64,000 bases of DNA from Eremomyces bilateralis CBS 781.70 (taxonomy: Eukaryota). The DNA lies in the NCBI GenBank assembly GCA_010015585.1, contig ML975149.1; one strand, given 5' to 3'. Shown piece after piece: positions 22,030 through 32,530 of this stretch. Made by a program: the position numbers and the translations under genes. A model generated the notes under the pieces. That model was given only the letters and a program-made list of their open reading frames with translations. It was not told the origin of the DNA and ran no database searches. How positions within the stretch are numbered: the stretch's first letter is position 1; each line of letters begins with the position of its first letter.

Positions 22030-24822
22030 CTAACCCGACTCCTTATTGTGATTGGCGGGAGTGTCGGCATCGTAACCGGCAGAAGTGTCCCGATCGAAAT
22101 CGCTAGTAGGATCCCCACTATCGTAATGGCTAGACGCGGCCACGTTGTAATCAGGGAAGTCCACGTCGTGGTTAGGAGCAAAATCTCCCCCCGCATAGTT
22201 CCCGATCAGGTGCTGATATCCATGTCCCTGACACTGTCCCAACACAATATTCTCCAGCAATTCCATGTTTTGCATCAGCTCCTTAAAGAACGTCCCCTGC
22301 AGATAGGCCTTCCATCGGGGGGCGTTTGCACCGAAGAATTGCCACTCCTCCGGCCTCCACAAAGTCTTGTTCCCGATCGCCAACGTCCCGTTGTATCCTA
22401 GCAAGTCGTCCCAGTTCTCGTAGAACATGTTCAGGGCCCACCCGCTCCTCGGCGTATCCACGATCTTCGCTTCCGCCTTCGACCCCGCTACTGGCTCGCT
22501 CAATTCCGCAGTCTGCACGTATGACAAGTCGATCACGCACTCGGTCCCCTTTATCCGGAACAGCCAGTGACGTCGCTGCACGAACTCAATCAGGGGCAGC
22601 TTGGACATTGCGAGCGACCGCTCATCCCCAAACGTAACGAACCGCTTCCCGTTCATCCAATGCACGCCCGCGACCTCCGGGTGGAATCGGATCGTCTTCG
22701 CGAAGTCGAGGAGGCGGCTCGGCACCTGCGATTCGTGGAGCGAATGGGTACCCTCGATGCCGAAGTGGTACGAGAGTCCGCGTCCCGTCAGGTCGGCGAA
22801 GCAGAATTGAAGCATCTGCGTGGGGCCGTCTTCGTTCGCGAAGAACTTGGACCAGGTACCGCGGCTGGACGCTTGTCCACCTTCCATAGGCTGCAGGTCG
22901 GCTGCGTAGGATGTCTCGAGCCGGTACGTGCTGTAGGACTTCTTGGTTTCTTGGAATTTGAACAAGAAGGTCGCGGAGTAGCGGGGTCGCATGCTATTGA
23001 GATCGTCGGTGAGGAGATCGTAGGGACTTAGGATTGCGCTGCTGCGTTGGAGGCGGCCGAGGATATGCCTCTCGAGTTTTCGATCGCCGAGATGCTCAGT
23101 GACTTCCGAATTGAAATTCCCTACATCGTCAGCGTTGCGTTCGTTGATGAGTTGCTCGAACTCCTCGAGCGAGTATTTGGTGACGGGATTGTTCTTCTTG
23201 TCTGTCCTCACCGCATCAACGAGGAATTGGCCAACGCGGACTCGCATCTTCAGATTGCCTCGGAAATAGTTCAGGAGTTCCAAGGTCGGGATCGTGATAG
23301 CCTCGAGCAGCTGGAGGTTCCTTTCGTCGTTGTCGCTCACTCCAAGGAGAATCGACCCAGGCGCTAGCTTGTCGATTTCAACAAGTTTAGCTTCTTCATT
23401 CGAGGGCCCGAGTGGTGGCAGCATCTCCTGTCGTGCAGTGAGTGCATACGAATCCAGTTGCTTTCCCTCCAGCTCGCAAGCGAAGCCGATAACAGGGGGC
23501 GGTTCGTTCGTCAAGCCCGCCCAGTCCGTTGAACAGAAAGTGCTCGTGGTGAACTTGCGAACCGCCACCGTGTCCACAATTTCGGAAAGATACACCCGTT
23601 TGAACAGTACGATTTGGGGCTTCTCGTATTCCCTGGCATCAACTTGTTTATCGATCGCCATAATGCGAGCCATTCCCTCTGTCGCTCCGAGACTATCCTC
23701 ACAATACAGGCACAGAATTGGGTCGCCATGCGCATCCCACTTCTTCGTGATGTAGATTTTATGGTCCATTCGGATTGGATCCAAAGCCTCCAGGTTCTCT
23801 CCCAGGACCTCCTCCATTCTCCAGTCTCTTCGGCCCCAGGCAATCTCGGCGATCATCCCGAAGATAACGTTCGGTGGGGGAGGACGTCGATACTTTTCCA
23901 GCGAGGTTTGGGCGAGGATGGACTGTTCCCCATAGAATCGGGTGACTTCCGCCCGGACCCTAGCAAATTTAGTGCCGAGCAGCTCCTTCGGAACGGCCTG
24001 AAGCCATACTTGGATCTTGGCTTTGGCTCTCCGTACATCATTCGGCAGACCATAGAAATTCAACAGAATGTGGCCATTCGGTATATTTAGGTTTGGTTCC
24101 ATGTACACTTCGCAGGACCTAGCGACGTCGGCCAAATCGAGCCGAGGATACCTCGCCGGAAGGTGAGACTGGTCGCCCGGATCGAATCCCGGAGGAAACT
24201 TCATTTCGTCGCAAGGTCGTTCCCTCTTGCGCCATTTACGCCGACCTGCATTGTCGGGATCGGTCACAAGCGAACTGAAAATCTTCGGACGGCGAGACCC
24301 TTTCCGCGTGGGCCTTGGAGGGCCACTACTCAGAACGTGGGTGTAGCGTGGAAGTCCACCGCCGATTGGCTCCATCTTCTTGGTGAAGTGGAGCTTCCGG
24401 TTCGGATCATCGACCTGAGAGTAGGTGGGTTTCGAGCCATTACCATGTGGCTTGGGTAGATGTGCTGAATTATGCGGAGGCATGATCGGTGGGTTCGGTC
24501 TCGTCGGTGCGACCTCAAGCTGCTTCAGAGAGGAAGTTTCCACCTTGGCGGTTGTAGACATGCCATTTCGGTTCACAGTGTCGCTTTTAGCTCCGACAGT
24601 GATAAGTCCGACTTGATACTCGATCTGGGGGAGGTCGGAGGGGAGCACAACCTTGGGGGCAGTCTCTTGAATTGGCAGTTGAGCTACGCCGTTGGCTTTC
24701 GCGGCTTCTGAGGATGGAGATTCTTCATCATCCGAGAAACTCATGAGGTCAGGTTCTTCATCCTTGTTCGTTCTAGAAGGTGAAGACTCCTGCAGAACGG
24801 CGAATTGATTGGAGTCCCCCAT
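22030..24822 (-). CDS. Large hypothetical protein (~930 aa) with a disordered N-terminus and a globular C-terminal region; function unknown
   Basis: An uninterrupted ~2.8 kb ORF with protein-like composition; first ATG in frame at 24822. No family assigned with confidence. Confidence 0.75.
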   Translation of the reverse strand: MGDSNQFAVLQESSPSRTNKDEEPDLMSFSDDEESPSSEAAKANGVAQLPIQETAPKVVLPSDLPQIEYQVGLITVGAKSDTVNRNGMSTTAKVETSSLKQLEVAPTRPNPPIMPPHNSAHLPKPHGNGSKPTYSQVDDPNRKLHFTKKMEPIGGGLPRYTHVLSSGPPRPTRKGSRRPKIFSSLVTDPDNAGRRKWRKRERPCDEMKFPPGFDPGDQSHLPARYPRLDLADVARSCEVYMEPNLNIPNGHILLNFYGLPNDVRRAKAKIQVWLQAVPKELLGTKFARVRAEVTRFYGEQSILAQTSLEKYRRPPPPNVIFGMIAEIAWGRRDWRMEEVLGENLEALDPIRMDHKIYITKKWDAHGDPILCLYCEDSLGATEGMARIMAIDKQVDAREYEKPQIVLFKRVYLSEIVDTVAVRKFTTSTFCSTDWAGLTNEPPPVIGFACELEGKQLDSYALTARQEMLPPLGPSNEEAKLVEIDKLAPGSILLGVSDNDERNLQLLEAITIPTLELLNYFRGNLKMRVRVGQFLVDAVRTDKKNNPVTKYSLEEFEQLINERNADDVGNFNSEVTEHLGDRKLERHILGRLQRSSAILSPYDLLTDDLNSMRPRYSATFLFKFQETKKSYSTYRLETSYAADLQPMEGGQASSRGTWSKFFANEDGPTQMLQFCFADLTGRGLSYHFGIEGTHSLHESQVPSRLLDFAKTIRFHPEVAGVHWMNGKRFVTFGDERSLAMSKLPLIEFVQRRHWLFRIKGTECVIDLSYVQTAELSEPVAGSKAEAKIVDTPRSGWALNMFYENWDDLLGYNGTLAIGNKTLWRPEEWQFFGANAPRWKAYLQGTFFKELMQNMELLENIVLGQCQGHGYQHLIGNYAGGDFAPNHDVDFPDYNVAASSHYDSGDPTSDFDRDTSAGYDADTPANHNKESG

Positions 24823-25378
24823 TATGAGGACTGGATGACTCGAGTCTAGGGGAGAGTGCACCGTATTATCGGGGTAGCGGGGAAGTTCGAGTAGGAGCAA
24901 GTGAATGAAGTTGAAATATAATCACAGAACGAAAGTGGTGGACTATCAAGGTCTGTCAAAGTCTTTAACAAACCGACACGAACCGCATGTGTATGCCCCA
25001 CAGTGGAATGGCCCGAGAAGGTGACGCACATGCCATGCAACGTGAGAAGTATCCAGAGGCCAATAGGGCAGAAATGTTTCGTTATTGGCCCAATCGCAGT
25101 ACTTATGGTTGAGTCGAACTGCGATGGAGAATCGAGTTTGAGATGTGGTAGAGCAATTTATAGGTGGGTGCTGTCTGAGAAAGGAAGGCACAGGATGTAA
25201 CCATCTCCTCACGTGGCCCCCTACTTGCTCGATCGCAGCATGAGCCAGGCTATTCCTGTCCCTCCATAATACTTGCTTAGAGAAAATACAGAAGAATATA
25301 ACTTTAAGTGTCCCCAACTCAACGCGAAGAATCCATATGACTGACTTAATGAAAGGGGCAGCAATGCGGGCAGCCGGA

Positions 25379-25431
25379 ACGGAACTCTGACAAACGGAAC
25401 TCTGACAAACGGAACTCTGACAAACGGAACT
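25379..25431. repeat. 15-bp tandem repeat (ACGGAACTCTGACAA) x ~3.5
   Basis: Perfect copies read directly from the sequence; intergenic. Confidence 0.92.
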
Positions 25432-25964
25432 TTAAGTTATACTTAACCTCGCCTCTCCTTACCATACTCTATCATATGGGTCGAACGAAGACATATTCGC
25501 GTGAGATCCGGGTCTCTCTGTCCTCTATCTAAGCAGAGGCCAGTGCTGGTGATATTATACTCATGCAAAATGCAGACATGCCTTCTCATGCCGATGAGAT
25601 GGTGGCATCCATGGATCTCCACAAGCCTCTCCATGGCCCTCCTGCTGTGGGATAATTTGGGTTTGGATTTCTCGAGTCAATGTTTTGGATTTGAAGACTA
25701 TGAGATGACGTTGAACAACAGAAGGTTGAAATACTATTGCACTACGATATATTGTGGCGCTAGTCCTAAAACCATTAGCAGTAGTGGCGCTCGCAGGGAT
25801 AGCTGTGGCGTTTTTCCAAATGTCGTTAGCCTGCCCGTAAAGGGACATGGATACACTAATCTATGACGTCCTTGCTCCAGCTCTCGCACCAGCTCCCGAT
25901 ATATACGAAATACTGCATCCAGATTCACATACTGTAACTAATAAGATGGGAATTGAGCTCAATA

Positions 25965-26938
25965 ATGGCCACAATCATGAAAGAGAAGCCATTATTTGGT
26001 GGGAACAAGTGAGTGCGATCAGGGAGTTGCGTATTGGTCAAGCTGCCACTGATATATTAGGCATTGGCGGAATCCCGACTGGACCGAGCTCGATGATCGA
26101 GTAAGGGGAGGAAGGTCTGAGGTATCCTCCATGCACTGAACCATCGTCAGAGTTCCGAAATATTAACTTTCAACCAGTCCCATCTCCTAACTGATGGCCA
26201 CCGTGCCGAATTCTGCGGCATTCTTGATATCCATGCCCTACGCGGCGCGGGTTTTGCAAGCCAGCGAACGACTGGGGATGATCGGTCGTGGGATTTGGAA
26301 GGGTTCACTGGGGTGAAACTGAGGATTCTTAACTCTGATGGTATGCCGAGATTATTGCCCTTTGTATAATATGTCTTGATAATGGGACAGTGAAAAACTA
26401 TACCTTCAGTGTGAAGGACATGATTCTCCGGCGCCAACCGGAGGGCCAAGGCCAGGGCACTCTCTCATATGAGGCAGACTTCACACTCTCAGGTTCAGAG
26501 ACAGATGTTTTCCTTCCATTCTCACGCATGAACGCCACATATCGTGGGAAACCCATAAACAATGCCCCAGAACTCAGGCTGTCAAGCATTAAGCAGATGA
26601 GCATCATGATGAGAAGGTAAGTAGACTATTTTCTTCATCTCCACCATTTCTAGCCAACTAATGACCGAAGCTTTTTCGGCGAGCAAGAGGGACGCTTCTC
26701 GCTGACGATTGGCTCCATATCTGCCTACACATCAGAAGGTGACATCCTGGAGGCGGAGAAGGGGAAGAATGTCCCAGATCTGAATGAATGGGAAACCTAC
26801 GTGCAACGGGAAGCCCACCGACGGAGGATCCTCCACGCGTGCCTGATGGCAATAGCATGCGGGACGTTAATCACAGTGACAATGTCTTCCACCGGCACGA
26901 TCTCCTCGCTTTTGGAATGGGTAAGGTCGCACGAGTAG
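25965..26938 (+). CDS. CIA30-domain protein with a C-terminal hydrophobic segment
   Basis: Five exons with GT-AG introns. Spliced product: LFGGNKHW...WTELDDRVRGGRSESHL...GILDIHALRGAGFASQRT...ATYRGK...SIMMRSFFGEQEGRFSLTI. Confidence 0.85.
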
Positions 26939-27026
26939 CACGTCGGTCGCCAAATCCGTGTAATAGAACTGGTTTTATATAACTAAATGTGCAGTTCCTG
27001 GACGCCAGCCCGATATTTATGCCGAT

Positions 27027-28004
27027 CTAATCATAGTCAAATTCTTCCACTCTCACTGATGCGACCACCATGGGTATTTGGAATTCTGCCGCCTTTGATT
27101 CTTCCACGATGGGCACTGCCCCCTTCGCCTCCATGTCCGACAGCTCGTCCACCACGGACAACGTCCATTCCACCTTCACCCCCTCCTGCCCACCCAACTC
27201 CGCTTCCCCCCTCCCCCGCACCTTTCCCCTCCTCCACCAACATGCCGCCTCCACAATCCGCATCACGATCTCCACCTCCTCCGCATTCCGCGGCGCGTAT
27301 ATTAGCATAAAATCCTCTGGCACAAACTGCCGCAACCACCCCCCCCTCCCCAGAGGATGCCGCTCCCCCCACCCCTGCATTAACACCACCCGCACGTCCC
27401 CCGGATGCAGCACGATGTGCATCGACCCGTCCCACGGATGCGCGTGCAGCAGCTCCGTATCCCGATCCGTCGTCGCCGCCCCGCTTCCCCCCTCGCGTGT
27501 CTCTGAGCAGCTAAACAGTGCCGGCCCATGCTTTTCGATGCAACTCACCCCAAACACCGCTGCGTTCCCCGGATCGTCCGCGACCCGCCGGATCGCCCGC
27601 TCTAGCATCGCGAACTCGGGCGCGTGGGCGTGCTGGTTCGTTTGGCGGTGGGGCGCGATGCCGACGACGGTGGGGCGGGATCCGCGGCGGGGGGGAAGGG
27701 TGGAGGGATGGAGGTAGCCGGCGGTGGGGGGGAGGGGGGAGGCGCGGCGGGGATGCGGGTGGGCGAAGAGGGATAGGAATTTGATGCGGAGGTAGCCGAG
27801 GGGGGTGGGGGGGGTGCCGCCGGGGCCGAGGGAGAGGAAGAGGATGTAGTCTTTGTGGAGGAGGGGGAGGAGGGAGAAGAGGGGGAGGAGGAAGAGGAGG
27901 AGGAGGAGGAGTGTTGTGAGGGGGGCGGAGGGTTCGTGGGTAGGGGATTGTTGGGCCATGCACGTGGCGGTGAGGTTGAAGAGGGCTTTGCTCGAGCTGG
28001 TCAT
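27027..28004 (-). CDS. DUF5519 / fungal luciferase-like domain protein with an N-terminal TM helix
   Basis: LSLGPGGTP, RPTVVGIAPHRQ, SCIEKHG, HAHPWDGSMHIVLHPGD, GWGERHPL, IYAPRNAEE. Confidence 0.82.
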   Translation of the reverse strand: MTSSSKALFNLTATCMAQQSPTHEPSAPLTTLLLLLLFLLPLFSLLPLLHKDYILFLSLGPGGTPPTPLGYLRIKFLSLFAHPHPRRASPLPPTAGYLHPSTLPPRRGSRPTVVGIAPHRQTNQHAHAPEFAMLERAIRRVADDPGNAAVFGVSCIEKHGPALFSCSETREGGSGAATTDRDTELLHAHPWDGSMHIVLHPGDVRVVLMQGWGERHPLGRGGWLRQFVPEDFMLIYAPRNAEEVEIVMRIVEAACWWRRGKVRGRGEAELGGQEGVKVEWTLSVVDELSDMEAKGAVPIVEESKAAEFQIPMVVASVRVEEFDYD

Positions 28005-29284
28005 GGTTGGGAACTATGCCCTAGGACTGATGGTCTGAAGGACGCAACTTGGAACTAAATAAGAGCAGAGAAAGGGGTCAGAGCAGAGAAGGGGAGGGAT
28101 CAGTGGCTGTAGATGGGAAATTGGGTTCATTACACAACATGAGAAGACGGTTAGTCGCACACCGGTTACTTATATCCACTGAATTGATGTCGCGTGTGTT
28201 CATCCACGACCAGTCGATACGTATATTCGTTCGATTCTCGTCTTCCAGGTACGGTAACCATTACAAACTCGCCGGTTGGCCCATAGTCGGGCCGTACCTT
28301 AATTGGTCGACCGTGAAACAGCTTCCATATTTCAAATCCAGGTTTTCGACTCAAGACTGCGAACTTGTCAGCTTACTGGTTTCCAATCCGTTAATCCGCT
28401 TACCAGCTATCTATCATGCTTCAACCATGTGGGTACGTCAGCATCCCAGTTTGGGCAATTGTACGTCATATGCTGGAAGTTGGTACTTATATTGCTGTGA
28501 CAAATCTCGGCGCATCTCCACCCGTTCGTAAGTCTGTAAACGTCGTCGTCCATATGAGACAAAGGTCCCTTTAGCAAACCAAGAAACTTGTGGTACATGC
28601 ACCGCCATGCTGTCAGGGTTCTGAATAAATCTGGGCAAACATCTTGTCACCCATGGCACTGAAGCCCCGTCATATCATATCGTGGACGGCTTCAACTGGA
28701 CAAGTTCATGCCGTGTGGAGAACAGGAGATGAAGCAAGCAAGCAGAGGCACTCGGGTACTAATAATATCGATGGTTCACGGTCGTCGACTCACCGCTCAC
28801 TTCAGCGGCACTGCCCGACCGACTGGGTTGGGAGAAAATACGCCGCACATGTTGTACAGCAACGCGATCATCACGAGCGTAGCGAGTTACCTAAGTGGTC
28901 GAATCAATTCTTCTTTGCCCTCTGATTGGCTAGACAGGGGTTTGCGAAAGGAAACCACGTGACTTTGATGCTTTTCACTGTTTACTTTCTATTTCTATCT
29001 CTCTCCTTCCTCTCCACCAATCGATTGAAACCAAGCTTCCTGCGTGACTAGTTATTATAGTTTGTAATAGCAAGCACTAGAAATTCTGCATCGTAATACG
29101 CGTGGGAAGTTAAGGTGATCGGCAAGCAAACAAACGCGTCGCGACGCGTCAAGAGCGCACACATCCAGCAACAGACGAGCATCACGAACCTACACGACTA
29201 GTGGCCATCATCTGTGGTAGCGACCACTGAAGCCCTATACCACACTACACGTAGGAACCCGGGCAATAGAAAGGACTACCAGGA

Positions 29285-30631
29285 ATGCCCCCCGCCCTCC
29301 CGAGGGCGCCTCCAGGAAGAAGGGGCAAAGTAACACCGACATCCCGAGAGCCGCCAAGCACGGGATCGACCCCTATGGTATCAGGAGTCACAACGAGAGC
29401 AGGGAAGGTAACCCAAGAGACGGCAAAGGCCAGAGCCCGGGAGATAAACGAACGACTGCAACAAGAGATGGCGGCTAGCCAAAAGAAGGATCACGGCTCG
29501 AGTGACGCGATTACCAAGATGCTCCGAGACGGCATCGCGGCAATAGAACAAGGAATCAAAGCACAGACAATGGAACTGAAAACCGAGAACGAAAGGCTGA
29601 AAAGCGAACTAAACAGCATGACCAACAAATTCGAGAACGTCACGAACAAATTCCAGGATATGGAGAAGACGGTCGAGACGCTAAGACAAACCCTAGAGAG
29701 AGTAGAACAAACCGTGCTTAGCCAGTCTAGTATATCTAGCCCCTTGGGAAGCACGCGAGCGGGATCATACACCGCAATCGCCGCGGCAAGATCGAACAGC
29801 CTGACAGTCCCTTCCCCGACGATGCTCTCACCATCGATCGCCATTACACCACCAGACACCATCCCAGATCTTCGTTCCGTCTCCGACCCCGTCGTGACAC
29901 GTATCCCCTCTCCAGGAAACGGCCAGATAAGGAGGGAAAACCATAGGCCACCGACGGTTAACCTCAACCTTTCGGCTTCTCGATATAGTTCGGCCGGTAA
30001 TAAGGAGCTTAAGGAAATGATGAACAAGACCCTACAGGCAACCGACGAAACGAAGAATTGCAAGTGCACTGCCGTACTAAACCGCCGACCAGATAGCATA
30101 GGCTTCGTCTTTCGATCACAACAGGAAGTCGAAACTATAGAGACAGCACTACCGTGGGCCAACGATCCAACGCTCCAGGACATAAAATTGAATATCCGCG
30201 AGGATTTCAAAGTCAAAGCAACAGGAGTCGACAGATTCTCGGTAGGCAACCCAGAGACAGGTCGACGGATCGATGAAGATATTGTTAAGGACATCTGCAT
30301 CGAGAACGATGCCCAGATCCGCGGCATGCGACTACTCAGCCGGCCATCAGCCCACCTAAGAATCGAGTTAGTGGTCTTCTGTAGATCGCAAGCAGAGAAA
30401 GATAGACTACTCAACGAAGGATCGATCTCTATCCAGGGAGCATACGTGAGAATTAAAGAGTTCTTCGAAACACCACGAAGCAGACGATGCTTCAAGTGCC
30501 AAGGTCCCAACCATAACGCAGTGGACTGTATAGAAGACGCAAGGACTAGAAACGCCCCCCAGGTAGAAGACCCCCTCCGGGTATTAGACGCATGGTCTAG
30601 AAACGTCCCCCAGGAATTCTCTAATGCGTAG
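29285..30631 (+). CDS. LINE ORF1 (gag-like nucleic-acid-binding protein)
   Basis: Heptad coiled coil (LKTENERLKSELNSM...) and one zinc knuckle, RCFKCQGPNHNAVDC. Confidence 0.85.
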   Translation: MPPALPRAPPGRRGKVTPTSREPPSTGSTPMVSGVTTRAGKVTQETAKARAREINERLQQEMAASQKKDHGSSDAITKMLRDGIAAIEQGIKAQTMELKTENERLKSELNSMTNKFENVTNKFQDMEKTVETLRQTLERVEQTVLSQSSISSPLGSTRAGSYTAIAAARSNSLTVPSPTMLSPSIAITPPDTIPDLRSVSDPVVTRIPSPGNGQIRRENHRPPTVNLNLSASRYSSAGNKELKEMMNKTLQATDETKNCKCTAVLNRRPDSIGFVFRSQQEVETIETALPWANDPTLQDIKLNIREDFKVKATGVDRFSVGNPETGRRIDEDIVKDICIENDAQIRGMRLLSRPSAHLRIELVVFCRSQAEKDRLLNEGSISIQGAYVRIKEFFETPRSRRCFKCQGPNHNAVDCIEDARTRNAPQVEDPLRVLDAWSRNVPQEFSNA

Positions 30632-31856
30632 TAAACCTCTGAGAATACTACAGGCCAACATGAGGAAAATGCCAGAAGCACAGCACGCACTGATGAACGA
30701 CGAAGCACTACAGGATATCAGCGTTATCCTGATTCAGGAACCATCCTGCTTCCTGACAGACGATGATCGAGTGGTTGCAGCACCATCTACTCACTCATAT
30801 TTCCAACAGTTCATCCCAAACGAAACCCATAAGACACTACGATACCCAGTACGGTCACTGATCTATGCAAGCCACCAACTGCGACCCAGGCAAATAGAGC
30901 TAGGGTCACCAGACATCACAGCAATCGAAGTGGAGATCAACGGACGAGAGATGATCATCATATCAGTCTACGTACCAATACAAACAGCAACAGTCGCGGA
31001 GAGCCAAGCCCAGGTTAGAGAGATACTAGACTTGATCGAGAACACGACCGTAAGATTCCCATCCCATGATCTACTCATTGCTGGGGACATCAACCGTCAC
31101 GATCAGCTATGGGGAGGAGACAGGGTTAGAGATAACCATGGGGAGGATATTATCCAATTCATGCATAAGCAAGGATTACAACTTGCCCTCCCCAGGGGTA
31201 CCTCTACACATAACTCAGGAACCACGATCGACCTCTGCATGGTATCAAGCCGGCTATTCGAAGACATACTCCGATGTACAACCTGGCCTACCGAATATGG
31301 CTCCGACCATAACGCAATCGAGTCCCAATTTGACCTAGACCTATACGACTGCACGAACGAGCCAAGAAGGCTCTTCCGGAAGACTAACTGGAAGAGGGTA
31401 GCAAAAACCACCAAGGAAGGGATGAAGAACCTGCAAATTCCACCGGACAAGAAGATCCCAAAAGAGAAAATCGATGAGTTCAGCACCCAGCTAATCCAGA
31501 TCGTTACGAATGCGGTCCTCCAAGACACCCCAGTCGCTAGGCCATCGGCATTCTCAAAGAGATGGTGGACAATGGATCTCACAGACCTCAAAATCGCGCA
31601 TACAAGGGCAAGAAACGAAGCAGCCTCAACGCGAAGAGCAGGAACCCCCAACAACCGCCTAGAAGAGAAAGCCAGAGTAGCTACGAAAACCTTCCACGAC
31701 GCGATACGGAGAGATCGAAGAACATGTTGGAAGGAATTCCTTAGCGACAACAACAACATCTGGAAAGCCGCAAAATTCCTCCACCCAGCCCAGTCAAGCG
31801 CGTTTGGGAGGATATCAGTCCTAAAGACAAACGAAGGGCTAGCGAAAACAGACTAG
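30624..31856 (+). pseudogene. LINE ORF2, endonuclease (EEP/APE) portion only, with a premature stop
   Basis: LRILQANMRK, ILIQEP, ISVYVP, IAGDINRH, TIDL, GSDH, SKRWWT. The in-frame TAG at 31854-31856 is followed by continued protein-like sequence (AISRELLTHFF). Confidence 0.88.
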
Positions 31857-32007
31857 GCAATATCAAGGGAACTCCTTACCCACTTCTTCAGCCAACCGGC
31901 AGACGCCCCAGAACCGCCCCAAACTAGAGAAAGACACCAACACCGCGTAAGAATATCAATCATTCCATCCACCACTTATTCCTGATCTACCACTATTACC
32001 TCCGACA

Positions 32008-32530
32008 TGTCATCTTCTGGAGACCCCAGTGGTAGAGTATGCTCGAACTGCAGGTCCTAGAGGGTTAATAGGGAGTTTACTTCAAAGCGTTGCCGACTAC
32101 TGGTCAAGAAGTGCTGGCGATGTTGTTACGGTCACGATCATGGTGACGCTGTAGGTAGAGTGAATGATTCGAATACGTTGAGGCTGACATCGTTAGACCC
32201 CGTTGACTATCGCATATGCCATCACAACGCATAAGTCGCAGAGAATGACTCTAGCACGGGCTGTGCTAGACATTTCGGAGCGGGAGTTCGCGCCTGGCCT
32301 GACCTACGTGGCAGTCTCCCGTGTGAAAAGCCTTAGAGGGATTATGTTTGAGGCTCCATTCGATTTGCAGGATTTGAACCCTCGCACGGAGAGTGAGACG
32401 ATGAAGTCCCGGAAGCAGGATGCGCTCAGGAAGGAGAGCCAGCATATCACGGCAGAGGTTCGTTTATATCGTTTAAATCAATCGCGCGGTGTTAACATAG
32501 TGTAGGACATCCGACGGCCTGTCGGATTGT
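32008..32530 (+). mobile_element. Internally deleted PIF1-helicase (Helitron-like) element remnant
   Basis: An N-terminal CSNC...CWRC segment with an in-frame TAG sits next to PIF1 motifs V/VI (AYAITTHKSQRMTL; GLTYVAVSRVKSL, ORF 32203-32505). A downstream hairpin ATCCGAC-GGCCT-GTCGGAT lies at 32509-32527. Confidence 0.72.

Larger units (their letters stand above)
29110..31950 (+). mobile_element. Non-LTR (LINE, Tad1-like) retrotransposon, 3'-truncated with no RT; boundaries approximate
   Basis: A-rich sense strand. ORF1 has a coiled coil and a CCHC knuckle and overlaps ORF2, which has an APE endonuclease. Similarity appears to end shortly after 31.9 kb. Confidence 0.9.

Noticed and set aside
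25379..25431. CRISPR-like array
   Set aside because: The units are contiguous with no spacers, and the context is eukaryotic.
28166..28962. Short ORFs plus an intron-like GTAAGC...CTGAC...CAG on the minus strand
   Set aside because: I could not build a stop-free model or recognise a family. It may be a decayed gene, but this is unsupported.
29491..30708. 405-aa antisense ORF over LINE ORF1
   Set aside because: Ser/Leu-rich shadow of the sense ORF with no independent motif.
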